Part shown: piece by piece, positions 28,111-38,775 of the stretch
Layout of the letters: each line of letters begins with the position of its first letter
How positions within the stretch are numbered: the stretch's first letter is position 1
From: a virus
Taxonomy: Duplodnaviria > Heunggongvirae > Uroviricota > Caudoviricetes
Strand: one strand, 5' to 3'
DNA length: 64,000 nucleotides
IMG/VR virus record: IMGVR_UViG_3300031344_000001
The notes under the pieces: generated by a model
Databases searched by the model: none
Told to the model about the DNA's origin: nothing
What the model saw: the letters and a program-made list of their open reading frames with translations, nothing else
Position numbers and translations under genes: made by a program

Positions 28111-28685
28111 CGCAATGGTCTGGAGAGGAGCGCGCCGCGCTGGAGGCCCGCCTGCGGAGGATGAGCTGGAAGCAGATCACCAAGCGCCTCAAGGAAGCGG
28201 TCGAAGAGCATCGTACGCCTCTGGAGCTTCCGCCGATGATTCGTCGCTGGCTCGAAGTGAACCGTGGCGAGCCGCGCACCGTTGAGGAGGCGGCTCACAT
28301 CGCTCGCGAGATTCGCGCGCTCCAGTGGTGGGTAGACGCGCAGGGTGACTCCGCGCGGTGGTTCGCGGACAAGACGGAGAGCGCGCCGATCTCGGGGTGG
28401 GTCGTCGAGGTGGCGCACTTCCTGAAGGATGGCAAACGGTGGTGGCTGTTCGCTGCCCGGCGCCACGACGATCGAGCCCCCCTCGTGGGAGCCACAGTGC
28501 CCGCGCCCGCTTCGCAACTTGACCTCAAGAAGCTCGGTAAGATCATCGCGTACGCTGGGGGCAATCCGAAGCGTGAGCTGTTGCGGACGGGTGCTATCAC
28601 GCAGGAGGAGCATGACGAGTTCCTCGCAGCGGGTAGGGCCGACATCGCCGAGTACGGTCAGATTATCTACGGGTGGAGAGCGTGA
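28107..28685 (+). CDS. Hypothetical protein
   Basis: AAGGAG SD. GTGA coupling. Confidence 0.6.
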   Translation: MTQWSGEERAALEARLRRMSWKQITKRLKEAVEEHRTPLELPPMIRRWLEVNRGEPRTVEEAAHIAREIRALQWWVDAQGDSARWFADKTESAPISGWVVEVAHFLKDGKRWWLFAARRHDDRAPLVGATVPAPASQLDLKKLGKIIAYAGGNPKRELLRTGAITQEEHDEFLAAGRADIAEYGQIIYGWRA

Positions 28686-30036
28686 CCCCCAAGCAAGACG
28701 CCGAGGAGCAGGTCGTCGGCGAGGGCGATCGGGCGAGCGAACAGGGACGCTTCGCGGCGCGTGCGTTCGTCGCGCGGTGGTACCGCGAGACGGGAGAGGC
28801 GCCGTCCCCGCTCGTCACGGAGCGGATGTTGTTCGCGTACGAGATCGGTTACCTGCGGGGCCGCAGCGACGCCAACTTGGAAACGATGAAGCTGATGAAC
28901 GAACACGAGAGGAAGAAGAGCGATGCCGAATGAAGCTGCCAAGATGCTGACCCCCGAGGGCCTGGCGAACCAGTTGTTCGACGGGGCGCTCGCGCATAAC
29001 GCGACCGATCCCCGCGGGGCAGCCCGCCAGGTGATCACGTTCTTGAACGACGCCCTCTTGTACGCGGTCTTCTCGGCGAAGGAGGACCCGATCGTGTACT
29101 TGACCGAGGCGCTCGTGTACCTGATCTCGGCGACATCGGGCGACGAGGCCGCCCGCAAGGAGCTGCTCAAGCACGTCGGTGAGACGATCGCCAACGCACC
29201 GCTGCTCCCGGGAGGCAAGCCCCCGGCGTCGGTGGCCGGCAAGCCCTGATGCCCGCGATGAAGAGGGCGAAGGAGGAGAAGCCTGCCCCGGCGCGGCCCC
29301 TCTGCTCGTGCGGGTCTCCGGGGGCGTTCCTGGTTCAGATCGACGTCCAGGAGCTCGTGCTCGACCGGGACGCGGGCATCTCGTCGCGGCCGTACTGGTC
29401 GGCGAAGTATCGGACCGGCACGAGGATCGAGTCGATCATGTGCAAGGACTGCGTGCGTGCGAACGTGCAACTCCAGATCCTCGTGACGGCGAAGGTCGAG
29501 AAGGCACGCGAGGTACCGTGAAGGTCATTGTCATCAAAGATGAGGACGCTGAGGCGCTGCTCGCGAAGCTTCGACTCAAGGAACATGCGCTTGTCGATCG
29601 TTTCGCCCAGCAGGACGATGCCCAGCGTCACGTGGCCGTCGAGACTTCGCGCGGACTGATGTACGTGATCGTCGACTGGTTGCAGGCGCAGGGATTCAGG
29701 GCGCAATGATGCGCGCGTGGACGTGCCCGCGAGGCGCCGTGACGAGTGCTCTCCCGAGGGGACGCGCGTGACGTTCGGCCTACTCTTGCAGGTCGTGATC
29801 GTCGTGGCGCTCTTTGACGGGATGGTCGTCCGTCCGATCGAGCGGCGGCTCCGGCGGCGGTTCGTCGCGCGGCGGCTCGGCCTCCTGCCGTGCGTGGTCG
29901 TGCCGGTGGCCGAGGACGCGCGCGCGTCTCGGCTCCGTCAGCTCGGAGAGCGGGGAACGCTCCGCGTCCACAACTGCGGCAAGATCTTGCACGTCGACTA
30001 CGACCGTGGGGAGCTGATCGTCGAGCGGGAGGTCCG

Positions 30037-32637
30037 ATGAGGCCGGGCAAGCCGCCGCCGCTCTTTCGCCACCAGCAGGAGCTGCTCGACAAGACCTGGG
30101 AGTTGTCGGCGTGGGCGATCTTCTTTCAGACCGGATGCGTTGACTGCACGACGGAATACCTCGCGCCCGAGGGCTGGCGTCGGATCGATCAGTATCGGGG
30201 CGGCGAAGTGGCGCAGTGGTGGCCGGAGACAGGGCTCGCGGAGTTTGTGGAGCCTTCGCGTTATATCGTGCTGCCGTGTGAAGAACAGATGTTACGCATC
30301 TCGGGAAAATACGGGACAGACCAGTTGTTGAGTTTGGATCATCGGGTTCCTCTATTAGAGCGGCGTGCAGGCATGGGGCCGAGCGAGCGTCGCTATTGGA
30401 AGACGATCGAGGCGCGAGAGCTACCTCAAGCAAAGATGAGGTGTCTTCCGAGTCAGTCGACGCTGCGCATGCGCGGGGCAGGGATTGCGTTGTCGGAGCC
30501 TGATCTTCGTTTGCAGGTGGCCGTCATGGCGGATGGATACTTTGCGAGTCAGACGAATCGTTGCGTGGTGCGGTTGAAGAAGCCCTATAAGATAGCGCGG
30601 CTCACCGAGTTGCTGAGTTCGGCGAAGCGTACGGGGCACAAGCGGCCTTGTAAGCCTGAGGGCTTCGTCGCTTTTTCCTTTGAAGCGCCGCTTCGCGCGA
30701 AGGTTTATCCATTGGAATGGTGGACGCAGGTAAGTGAGCGTCAGGCGGAGATCTTGGCTGATGAGGTATGTCGTTGGGACGGATCGATCAAGGGCGATCG
30801 TAAGCAGTATCGTTCGAGGCATCAGACCGACGCGGACTTCATTCAGTACGTCCTGTTGTCGAGGGGACTCGTTACACGGCGGACGTTTCATCCTGCCCGC
30901 CAAGGTACAGATCGTGTGCGGGGAGCGCTGTGGGAAGTCTCGGTGCGTGGGAAAAGTGTTGGAGGGTTCTGGGCGCAAGCACACAACTATAGTTATGAGT
31001 GCTCGCCTGACGGTAAGATGTACTGCTTCACAGTGGCGAGTGGTCACTTGCTATTGCGTCGTAATGGCGTGCCGTTTCCGACGGGAAACTGCGGAAAGAC
31101 GGCGCCCACGATCCACACAGCAGCGCGCCTTCACCAGGCCGGGCGCATCAATGGGGCGATCGTCGTCGCGCCGAACATGGTGCATCGCAACTGGATCACA
31201 GAAGAGATCCCGTTGCACTCGCCGGTCAGCTGGCGCGGGCTCGACTGGCACAGCTCGCGCGCCAAGGCGCAGGATCGTGCGTTCGCGCAGCTCCTCGAGA
31301 CTCCGAAGGAGGAACTTCCGTGGCTCGCGATCACGTACGATGGCCTCATCACGCCGCGTGGTCGCAAGGCGGTACTCGACTTCCTCGCGCGGTTCGCGCG
31401 TCCTATGCTGATCGCGGACGAGGGCTCGCGCATCAAGAACCCCGAGGCGATACGTACGAAGAAGGTGGCGGCGCTGCGCAAGCTCTCCGCCTACGTGAGG
31501 CTCTTGAACGGGACGCCGACCACGCAGGCCCCGACCGAGATCTACGCGCAGATGAAGCTCCTCGATGACATGTACTGGGTCCGGCACGGCATTGGATCGT
31601 TCACGGCGTTCAAGTCGAAGTTCTGCGTGTTCAGGAAGATCGTGGTCGGCGGCGAGGACGATCGTGAGGCGAATGAGCTGAAGGGGTCGAGGAAGCACGC
31701 GCAGATCGTGCCGCACGACGCCGACCCGGAGGGCGTGGCCGCGTACGAGCAACTCGACCTGGACGGCATCTTCGGGCAGGAGCCCCAGGAGCCCCGCGCG
31801 CCAGTATCGCCGGTGACGAAGCGTCCAGCTGTGGCGACGACGGGGCACACGATTGACGTCGTCGTCAGCTACCGTGACCTGGACAAGCTCCACGGGATGA
31901 TCCAGCCCCTGTCGACGCGGCTCACCAAGGAGCAGGCCGGGCTCGACCTCCCTCCCAAGCTCTATCAGCGGCTCGTGTTCGACCTCGCGCCCGAGCAGCG
32001 TCGCGTCTACGACCAGCTTCGCAAGGAGTACATGGTCGAGTTGGACAACGGGGTCCTCATCACCGCCGCGATCGCGATGGTGAGGATCCTCCGCCTCCAG
32101 CAGGTGGCGTGCGGCTACTTGCCGAATCCCGACGACCCCGAGGGCGAGCCGATCCTCGTCCCCAAGGGGGAGAACCCACGGCTCGCCGCCTTCATGGACT
32201 GGTTGGAGGACATCGGCTCGCAGCAGGTGATCGTGTGGTGCCGCTTCACGCGTGACGTCGACCTGATCACGCGCGAGCTCGGCCCCCCGCGTTGCGTGCG
32301 CTTCGACGGTCAGGTGAACGAGAAGGGCAAGGTCCAGGCGCTCGACCTCTTCAAGAGCGGCAAGCGGCAAGTGTGCGTCGCGAAGGCTTCGAGCATGGGG
32401 ATGGGGCTGACCCTGGTGAACAGCTCGCTCTCGTTCTACTACAGCAACACGTTCTCGCTCCTGGAGCGGCTCCAGAGTGAGGATCGGCAGCACCGCCCCG
32501 GGCAGCACAACCCGGTGACCTACGTCGATCTCGAGGCCGACAAGACGGTTGACCAGAAGATCAGGCACTCTTTGCGCGAGAGCAACGAGATGGCGAGCCG
32601 CGTCGTCGGCGACGCCTACCGCGAGTGGTTGGCGTGA
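30037..32637 (+). CDS. SNF2-family helicase containing an intein
   Basis: Spliced motif I QTG-CGKT, ADEGS..IKNP, LNGTP, LRLQQ, IVWCRF, GMGLTL and QSEDRQHRPGQ. Confidence 0.9.
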   Translation: MRPGKPPPLFRHQQELLDKTWELSAWAIFFQTGCVDCTTEYLAPEGWRRIDQYRGGEVAQWWPETGLAEFVEPSRYIVLPCEEQMLRISGKYGTDQLLSLDHRVPLLERRAGMGPSERRYWKTIEARELPQAKMRCLPSQSTLRMRGAGIALSEPDLRLQVAVMADGYFASQTNRCVVRLKKPYKIARLTELLSSAKRTGHKRPCKPEGFVAFSFEAPLRAKVYPLEWWTQVSERQAEILADEVCRWDGSIKGDRKQYRSRHQTDADFIQYVLLSRGLVTRRTFHPARQGTDRVRGALWEVSVRGKSVGGFWAQAHNYSYECSPDGKMYCFTVASGHLLLRRNGVPFPTGNCGKTAPTIHTAARLHQAGRINGAIVVAPNMVHRNWITEEIPLHSPVSWRGLDWHSSRAKAQDRAFAQLLETPKEELPWLAITYDGLITPRGRKAVLDFLARFARPMLIADEGSRIKNPEAIRTKKVAALRKLSAYVRLLNGTPTTQAPTEIYAQMKLLDDMYWVRHGIGSFTAFKSKFCVFRKIVVGGEDDREANELKGSRKHAQIVPHDADPEGVAAYEQLDLDGIFGQEPQEPRAPVSPVTKRPAVATTGHTIDVVVSYRDLDKLHGMIQPLSTRLTKEQAGLDLPPKLYQRLVFDLAPEQRRVYDQLRKEYMVELDNGVLITAAIAMVRILRLQQVACGYLPNPDDPEGEPILVPKGENPRLAAFMDWLEDIGSQQVIVWCRFTRDVDLITRELGPPRCVRFDGQVNEKGKVQALDLFKSGKRQVCVAKASSMGMGLTLVNSSLSFYYSNTFSLLERLQSEDRQHRPGQHNPVTYVDLEADKTVDQKIRHSLRESNEMASRVVGDAYREWLA
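30136..31089 (+). mobile_element. Intein with LAGLIDADG-type homing endonuclease in helicase Walker A
   Basis: Starts CVDCTTEYL. Ends YCFTV..GHLLLRRNG...TGN followed by Cys. VMADG and CRWDGS helices. Lower GC than flanks. Confidence 0.88.
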
Positions 32638-32897
32638 CGCTTTTCGCGCAGCGTTCGCAGTGTTCCGTCGCCGTCACAGGGACCCGTTAGCGTTAGCGTG
32701 GAGGCACACCATGTCGGAGTCTTTTCGATGAATGAAGTCCGCATCGAGTATGACGATGACCAGCTCGCCGTCGTCGACAAGATCAACAAGGTCTTGAAGC
32801 GCCACGGGCTCGTCTTGGTCGACGACGACCTACTGCATGAGGGCTACTGCCTCTTCACGCTGCAAGCCGTTGCCGCTGCGGGAACTGGGAGTGTCCG

Positions 32898-33482
32898 GTG
32901 ACGACGGACAACCGGACGAGCGCGCGCGGTGTCATGAGCGAGCCCAAGAAGAGTGCTGTGAAGGACGAGTTCTTTCACCAGCCCAGCGCCTCGCTCGAGG
33001 ATGCGAAGAAGTGGTTGCGGGTTCGATTCGGCAAGGGCGCGACGTGCCCCTGCTGCCAGCAGTTCGTGAAGCTGTACAAGCGGCCGTTCAACAAGTCGAT
33101 GGCCTACGTGCTGCTCTTGATCGCGCGCTACTACCGCCGCGTCCCGCGTCCCGACGAGTGGCTGCACGTGCCGAGCTACATCGCGGAGGTCGCGGTCGGC
33201 AATCCGCGCCGCGCCGCGGCCGTGCGCGGTGACTGGGCGAAGCTGAAGTTCTGGGGGCTCATCGAGGAGAAGCCCGACGTGCGCGCGGACGGCAGTCCCC
33301 GCATAGGTTACTGGAGGCTCACGCCGCTCGGGCAGAAGTTCGTCGACCGCGAGGTCAAGGTCCCGTCGCACGTCTACATCTACAACGGCGAGGCACTCCA
33401 GCGCGCCGTCGACGAGCAGATCACGATCGACGACGCGCTCGGCACGGAATTCAGCTACTCCGAAATCATGGGGGAAGCGTAG
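32898..33482 (+). CDS. Conserved phage protein with CPCC Zn finger and winged-helix-like region
   Basis: CPCCQQFVKLYKRP...AKLKFWGLIE...GYWRLTPLG. Confidence 0.7.
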   Translation: MTTDNRTSARGVMSEPKKSAVKDEFFHQPSASLEDAKKWLRVRFGKGATCPCCQQFVKLYKRPFNKSMAYVLLLIARYYRRVPRPDEWLHVPSYIAEVAVGNPRRAAAVRGDWAKLKFWGLIEEKPDVRADGSPRIGYWRLTPLGQKFVDREVKVPSHVYIYNGEALQRAVDEQITIDDALGTEFSYSEIMGEA

Positions 33483-33483
33483 C

Positions 33484-33642
33484 GTGAAGAAGAAGGTCCG
33501 CTCCAGGAACCTCACGATCCGGATCTCGGACGACGACTACAAGACGCTCACCGAGCGTTCCGAGGAGGCCGGCATGACGCAGTCGGAGTACCTCCGCTTC
33601 TTGATCAGGCGGGCGCGGATCCGCGTGAGCGTCGAGGTTTGA
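33484..33642 (+). CDS. Ribbon-helix-helix (CopG/MobC-like) protein
   Basis: Translated by hand: LTIRISDDDYKTLTERSEEAGMTQSEYLRFLI. Confidence 0.7.
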   Translation: MKKKVRSRNLTIRISDDDYKTLTERSEEAGMTQSEYLRFLIRRARIRVSVEV

Positions 33643-34563
33643 CGATGACGCGAGATGAGTCGGCGAGCCCCGCGCGTGAAGTCATCCCGCTGTCCGCGCG
33701 TGCGACGGGCACGCGGCTGCAAATTTCCGTATCGCCCGCGCGCAGCGTTCGCCCGATCGAGGTGCACGTTCGAGAGATGGACGGCACCGCGTGGCGTGTG
33801 ACGGCGGTGACCGTCGACGGCGTCGTTCACCGGTACGGTGACCCGCCGTACTCGCCGTGTCCGGGTAACTGCTGGATCGACCTTGATGTGGAGTGCGCGC
33901 ACGACCACCCGCCGACCGACGCTGCACCGATCGAGCTGTGCGGTGTGGTCCTGTGCGAAGCGAGCGACTTGCCCGTGAGCGCCGGTGACACTGACCGTGA
34001 TCGCCGATGGGAGGCTGATCGGAAGCGTAAGCCCCAGGGGTCGAGGAGGCTGTCAAACGGTGAGTGGGAACCCATTTTTCGAGGGGACGCGGTCCCCATG
34101 CGGAGGCGCCCGTGAGCAAGGACAAGATTCGATCGTTAGCGCGTCGTCAGATCATCGCGGCGTTGGAGGAGGACCTTCAGGGCGGCGAGTCGCTCATGAA
34201 GGAAGTGTGGGAGCAGTGCGAGACGGACGCTGACGTCGCCACGGCGAAGGGCGAGATGGAGGCGATCGTCGGGGACATCCAGCGGCGCGAGGCGTTGGAG
34301 GATTGGCAGCGGCCGTCGCGTGACGGCACGACGGCGCACCTGGTCGCGTCGTTCTCCACGTACCCGCTCGACGCGCTGCTGAACGAGTTGGTCATGTGCA
34401 CCGTCCGCTACAACCTCGGCGACCTGGACGGCGAGGAGCGTCGGATCGCGACGGCCGTCCTCGAGCGCATGGCGTCGTTCGGGATCGCTCGCAAGGTGCA
34501 CCGTGAGGGCTGCGAGGTCTGGCCGGAGCATCGGCTCTGCCGGTGCCCTTGGGCCGTGCCCTC

Positions 34564-34887
34564 GTGAGTTCTCCGCCGTTCGACCCCGCGGCGCTACGGG
34601 AAGCGTTCCACAGCGCGAACCGCGTCGCCTCGCAGCGCGCGCGCTGGTGCGCCGACGATCCTGGTGCCGACCTGGACACGTGCCGCTACTGCGGTCGGCG
34701 CTGGAGGCGTTGGGCTGGCAGTACGCTCGACGGTCACGCCGCCTGCATCGTCACCGACGACTTCAAGCAGCGCCTCTGCGAAGTCCTCCGGTCGCCGCGG
34801 GTGACGTACCAGGCGATCGCCGACGCGATCGGGGTGACGCCGGCGGTCATTCGTTCGTGGACCTACCCGACCAGGAGTACCGCGTGA
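34564..34887 (+). CDS. Zn-finger + HTH protein, paralog 1
   Basis: DTCRYCG...GHAACIV...TYQAIADAIGVTPAVIRSW. Confidence 0.7.
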   Translation: MSSPPFDPAALREAFHSANRVASQRARWCADDPGADLDTCRYCGRRWRRWAGSTLDGHAACIVTDDFKQRLCEVLRSPRVTYQAIADAIGVTPAVIRSWTYPTRSTA

Positions 34888-35396
34888 CAGAGAAGCCTGC
34901 CATCCGCTTGAAGTTCAGGGACTCGTCTCCCATCACCATCTCTGCCGTGACCCCGCCCGTGCAAGGCGCCACCAAGCCGCGGCCGCCGACGGCTGGCACG
35001 GAGGCCCTCGTCGTCAAGTGCGGGCACACGATCGCGTTCGAGTTGTATGTGAAGGACACGTTCCGCGACCAACGCCGCGCGAAGACGGTGATCCGCGATT
35101 GTCCCGCGTGCCGACAGGCGCGCGTGCAGGCGGAAGCGATCGCGGGTAAGGAGCGCCGCGCGAAGAAGGCGACGACGTTCGCCAAGTCGCTCAAGCCGCG
35201 GTTGCCCGACGGCGCGCACTTCGCTGCGACCTACGACGCGACGCAGGTGCAGTGGACTGGGACCCTGACGATCGAGGGCGTGGCGTTCAAGCGTGGTGCG
35301 AGCAACCTCAACAAGCTCCTGCACAGGTTGGACGACGACTATCGCGCGTGGGCGTCGGTCCAAGTCCAGTCTGACAGCTCCGCCGTCGCATCGTGA
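34884..35396 (+). CDS. Zn-binding hypothetical protein
   Basis: KCGH...CPAC. GTGA coupling. Confidence 0.55.
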   Translation: MTEKPAIRLKFRDSSPITISAVTPPVQGATKPRPPTAGTEALVVKCGHTIAFELYVKDTFRDQRRAKTVIRDCPACRQARVQAEAIAGKERRAKKATTFAKSLKPRLPDGAHFAATYDATQVQWTGTLTIEGVAFKRGASNLNKLLHRLDDDYRAWASVQVQSDSSAVAS

Positions 35397-35761
35397 TCAC
35401 GTACGCCGAGCGCGCTTGCTTCCACCCGGCGCACCTGAGGGTACTCGCCAGCGCCCAGGCGCTCGTCGCGCGCGTGTCTGCGACGTGGGGCAACGAGCTT
35501 CGTTGCCACGAACTCGCTCGCGCGGTGCATCGCGCGTTGGGCGATCGCAAGCTCCGCATCGTCGACGGTCACTGCGGCATGGTCGAGCACAGCTGGCTCC
35601 TCTTCTCTGACGGGACGATCCTCGACGCCTACGCGCCGGGACGGCTGCCGTCGGTGCAGATCGTCGACGCGGTTGTCGGAGGGGCGTACCGCGAGGGCTC
35701 GCGGAGGCGGGACGTTCGGCGCGCGATCGTCAAGAAGCTCGTCGCCGAGATGCAAAGGTAG
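35393..35761 (+). CDS. Hypothetical protein (C...H...D, transglutaminase-like pattern)
   Basis: RCHELARA...EHSWL...ILD. Confidence 0.5.
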   Translation: MITYAERACFHPAHLRVLASAQALVARVSATWGNELRCHELARAVHRALGDRKLRIVDGHCGMVEHSWLLFSDGTILDAYAPGRLPSVQIVDAVVGGAYREGSRRRDVRRAIVKKLVAEMQR

Positions 35762-35764
35762 CGC

Positions 35765-36127
35765 GTGCTTGACGCTACCGATCGTGCCGCGTTGGTCGTG
35801 GCGTTCTGTACCTCCAAGGCTGTTGCGGCACAGCAGGCGGTGTGGTCGTGCACCGATCCGAAGATGCCCGTTGACACATGCAGGTACTGTGGGAAGCGCT
35901 GGCAACTCCGTTTCGGCAGTCGTCTTGAGGGCCACGCGGCGTGCATCGTTACCGAGGACTTCAAGCGCCGCGTGGGTGCGATCTTACGGAAGGAACCGCG
36001 TTTGACGTACGCCGTGCTCGCTGAGGTTCTTGGTGTGACACCAGGCATCGTTCGTTCGTGGGCGTTCTCCGCGGGCATTGCGGGTCCGATCGATCACACG
36101 TTGCGCCGCCGTGGAGAGAAGGCTTGA
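35765..36127 (+). CDS. Zn-finger + HTH protein, paralog 2
   Basis: DTCRYCG...GHAACIV...TYAVLAEVLGVTPGIVRSW. Confidence 0.7.
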   Translation: MLDATDRAALVVAFCTSKAVAAQQAVWSCTDPKMPVDTCRYCGKRWQLRFGSRLEGHAACIVTEDFKRRVGAILRKEPRLTYAVLAEVLGVTPGIVRSWAFSAGIAGPIDHTLRRRGEKA

Positions 36128-36351
36128 TCGTGGGCTTTGGATCGCAACGGTTTCAGCATTGCCCGCTGGGGCTTGTGCTCGTTGAACGTACGGCTGACGC
36201 GCGTCGAAACGCGGCTCATGTTCATACGTATGCAGTACGCGCGCGTTGGACGCTCCGCGTCGTTGTGGTGCGCGCGTCGACTACGTTCCCGCACGGTGAG
36301 CTGAAAAACGCCCCGGGATCTCTCCGAGATCACTTCGCGTAGTTGCGCTGG

Positions 36352-36449
36352 TTGTCCACAGGATCTTCACGCTGTGGAAAGCGCGCGTTGACCGCTCGTT
36401 CCCGACGAGCGCGCAGCGCGTCGGCGGGATCTGTCCACAGCGGTCCACA
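36352..36449. promoter_or_regulatory. Cluster of four DnaA-box-like TCCACA motifs
   Basis: TTGTCCACA 36352, TGTGGAAAG 36373 (reverse), CTGTCCACA 36431 and CGGTCCACA 36441, in an intergenic gap. Confidence 0.4.
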
Positions 36450-36615
36450 GAGGTCCGTGCGATCTGCGTGATCGCACGATCGCCACGACCGTGCGCGCAC
36501 GGTGCGACGTCGGCGCCCGCTCCCGCTTGACGGATCGATCTCCGATTCGCTACAGGTCCAAGTCGTGTCGGACACTTCGATCGGTGATGTCACATCCGCA
36601 TGCGAGCGTCCTCCC

Positions 36616-37278
36616 ATGGACAGCTCTTCCGACGTCGCCGCTCGTCTCGCTGACCGTGCAATCCCGTCCGGCTCTCCGGCGGCAACGACGACCGCGCCCG
36701 ACGCGGTGACGGACGACGCTTTCGACTACGGCACGGACGCCGTCCCGGACGACGCTTCGGTCGCGCGCGCGTTCGCCGACCTCGATCGGATGACGCTGGC
36801 GGCGGAGCGGCTCACCGACCAGCGCAAGAAGGCCGAGGAGCAACTCCAGAAGTTGAAGGCTGCCGAGGAGCAGCTCCTCAACAAGGACATCCCCGAGTTG
36901 CTCTCTCGCATGCGCCTCGACGAGTGCACGACCGCGTCGGGCGTTCAGGTCAAGGTCAAGCGCGAGATCAAGGCGTCGCTGCCCGGGCACGAGCGCGTCG
37001 AGGCACGCATGGGAGCGCTGCGCTGGCTCATCGAGCACGGGCACGGCGGCGTGATCAAGAACCAGGTCTCGGTCGCGCTCGAGCGCGGTGAGGACACGCG
37101 CGCGGACGAGCTGGTGGTCGAGCTGCGCACCAAGGGCTTCGAGGTCGAGGCCAAGAAGGACGTGCACGCCTCCACGCTCGGCGCGCTCGTCCGCGAGTTG
37201 ATGGCCGACGGCAAAATCGTTCCCCGAGATCTCTTCAATCTTTTTGACATGAGGATCGCGCGGCTCTCTCGAAAGTAA
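36616..37278 (+). CDS. Conserved phage replication-module protein
   Basis: Coiled coil, IPELL, ALRWLIEHGHGGVIKN and VHASTLGALVRE, a pattern typical upstream of phage SSB genes. Confidence 0.7.
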   Translation: MDSSSDVAARLADRAIPSGSPAATTTAPDAVTDDAFDYGTDAVPDDASVARAFADLDRMTLAAERLTDQRKKAEEQLQKLKAAEEQLLNKDIPELLSRMRLDECTTASGVQVKVKREIKASLPGHERVEARMGALRWLIEHGHGGVIKNQVSVALERGEDTRADELVVELRTKGFEVEAKKDVHASTLGALVRELMADGKIVPRDLFNLFDMRIARLSRK

Positions 37279-37344
37279 CGGCGCTTTGGCCGCGCTTCGG
37301 CGCGGCTTGAACCAACGAACGCACGAAAAAAAGGACGCACGCAC

Positions 37345-38292
37345 ATGGCGAACGAGACGCAGACGCAGACGGGCAAGAACAACAAGAAGGTCGACGCCGC
37401 GCCGCCGGGCACTCCTGGCCCCACGGTGCCGGTGGCCGCGGCACCGACCGCGATGACGCCGCCGCCGGAGAACCAGGCGCTGGTCGAGCTCGACTACGGC
37501 GACGACGCCGGGCAGGGCTTCGAGAACCAGGACATGTCCGACCGGAAGCTGCCGCTCATCGAGCTGCTCCAGTCGAACTCGCCCGAGGTCGCCGAGAGCA
37601 AGGGCAAGGTGTGGGCGGGCATGTTCCGCAACACCGTGACCGGCGAGTTCTACGAGGAGGTCCTCTTCACGCCGGCGATCACCGATCACTGCTGGACGGA
37701 GTGGGTCCCGCGCGACGACGGTGGCGGGTTCAAGGGGCGCCACCCCAAGAACGCCAAGATCGTCGCGGACGCGGTCGCGCGCAACGACGGCCGCGCGATC
37801 GGCAAGCTGAAGGTCCCGCAGCCGCCCGACCAGAAGACGGGGAAGCCTCAGCCGGACCACGAGCTGGTGGAGAGCTTCGAGATCTACGCGATCCTCTACG
37901 ACCCCAAGACGAACGAGGTGCTCGGGTTCGCGATGATCCCGTTCACGTCGACGAAGATCAAGGTGTACCGGGCGTGGAACTCGGCGATCGGTAACTTCGC
38001 GCCGACGATCGGCGGCAGGAAGCTCGCGCCGGGAGCGGTGCCGATCTTCGCGCACCGCGTGAAGATGACCTCGGAGTCCGAGACCAAGGGCACGAACACG
38101 TACATGATCCCGGTGCTCCAGCCGGCCGAGGGTGGCGACGACCTCAAGAACTCGCTGCTGCCCAAGACCGACGCGCGCTACGTCGCGGCCAAGAAGCTCC
38201 ACGACGACGTGCTCGGCGGCCTCGCGAAGGCGGCCTACGAGACGACGAAGCAGGAGGCGGGTCCCGACCCCGAGAGCGGCGTTCCGTTCTGA
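37345..38292 (+). CDS. Putative phage single-stranded DNA-binding protein
   Basis: GFEN...LPLIELLQSNSPEV, EWVPRDDGGG, and an acidic C-terminus ending VPF. Strong SD. Confidence 0.65.
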   Translation: MANETQTQTGKNNKKVDAAPPGTPGPTVPVAAAPTAMTPPPENQALVELDYGDDAGQGFENQDMSDRKLPLIELLQSNSPEVAESKGKVWAGMFRNTVTGEFYEEVLFTPAITDHCWTEWVPRDDGGGFKGRHPKNAKIVADAVARNDGRAIGKLKVPQPPDQKTGKPQPDHELVESFEIYAILYDPKTNEVLGFAMIPFTSTKIKVYRAWNSAIGNFAPTIGGRKLAPGAVPIFAHRVKMTSESETKGTNTYMIPVLQPAEGGDDLKNSLLPKTDARYVAAKKLHDDVLGGLAKAAYETTKQEAGPDPESGVPF

Positions 38293-38303
38293 GCGTCTGA
38301 ACG

Positions 38304-38317
38304 TTTAGCGCGCTAAA
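38304..38317. promoter_or_regulatory. Perfect 14-bp palindrome TTTAGCGCGCTAAA (operator-like)
   Basis: Intergenic and AT-rich relative to its surroundings. Confidence 0.4.
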
Positions 38318-38421
38318 AATTTGCTCGCGACGCCCGCACGGATCATCGTGCGGGCACGGCACCCGCGTCGACATACGAGCTGCTCGGTCGCTCAAACGAT
38401 CGAGACGAAGGAACGGACATC

Positions 38422-38634
38422 GTGAACACGTCCCAGTACCCGACAGAGACTCGCAAGAACTTCAAGCGCGACCAGCGCACGGACGCGTACCGCGAGCTGC
38501 AACGCCGCTCCGCCGAGGAGCGTGTCAAGCTCGAGACCAAGCTCCGCGAGAGCAACGTGGTGATCGAACGCCTCACGAAGAAGCTCGTCGACGCTGGCTT
38601 CAGCGCCGTCGAGGTCGCGAAGCTGGCCGCGTGA
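38422..38634 (+). CDS. Small coiled-coil protein
   Basis: AAGGA SD. Coding-like composition. Confidence 0.6.
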   Translation: MNTSQYPTETRKNFKRDQRTDAYRELQRRSAEERVKLETKLRESNVVIERLTKKLVDAGFSAVEVAKLAA

Positions 38635-38775
38635 TCGCGTCGTAGTCCTGGCGGATGACGACACCGTGGGTGTCGTCATCGCCCAGGGTCGGTACTGGTA
38701 ACGCCCCGCCGCCGTCGACAGGTGGCTGCGGGGTCGTCCCTCATTTCCCTGTCGGCCTCAATCCTTGAGGTGCCT

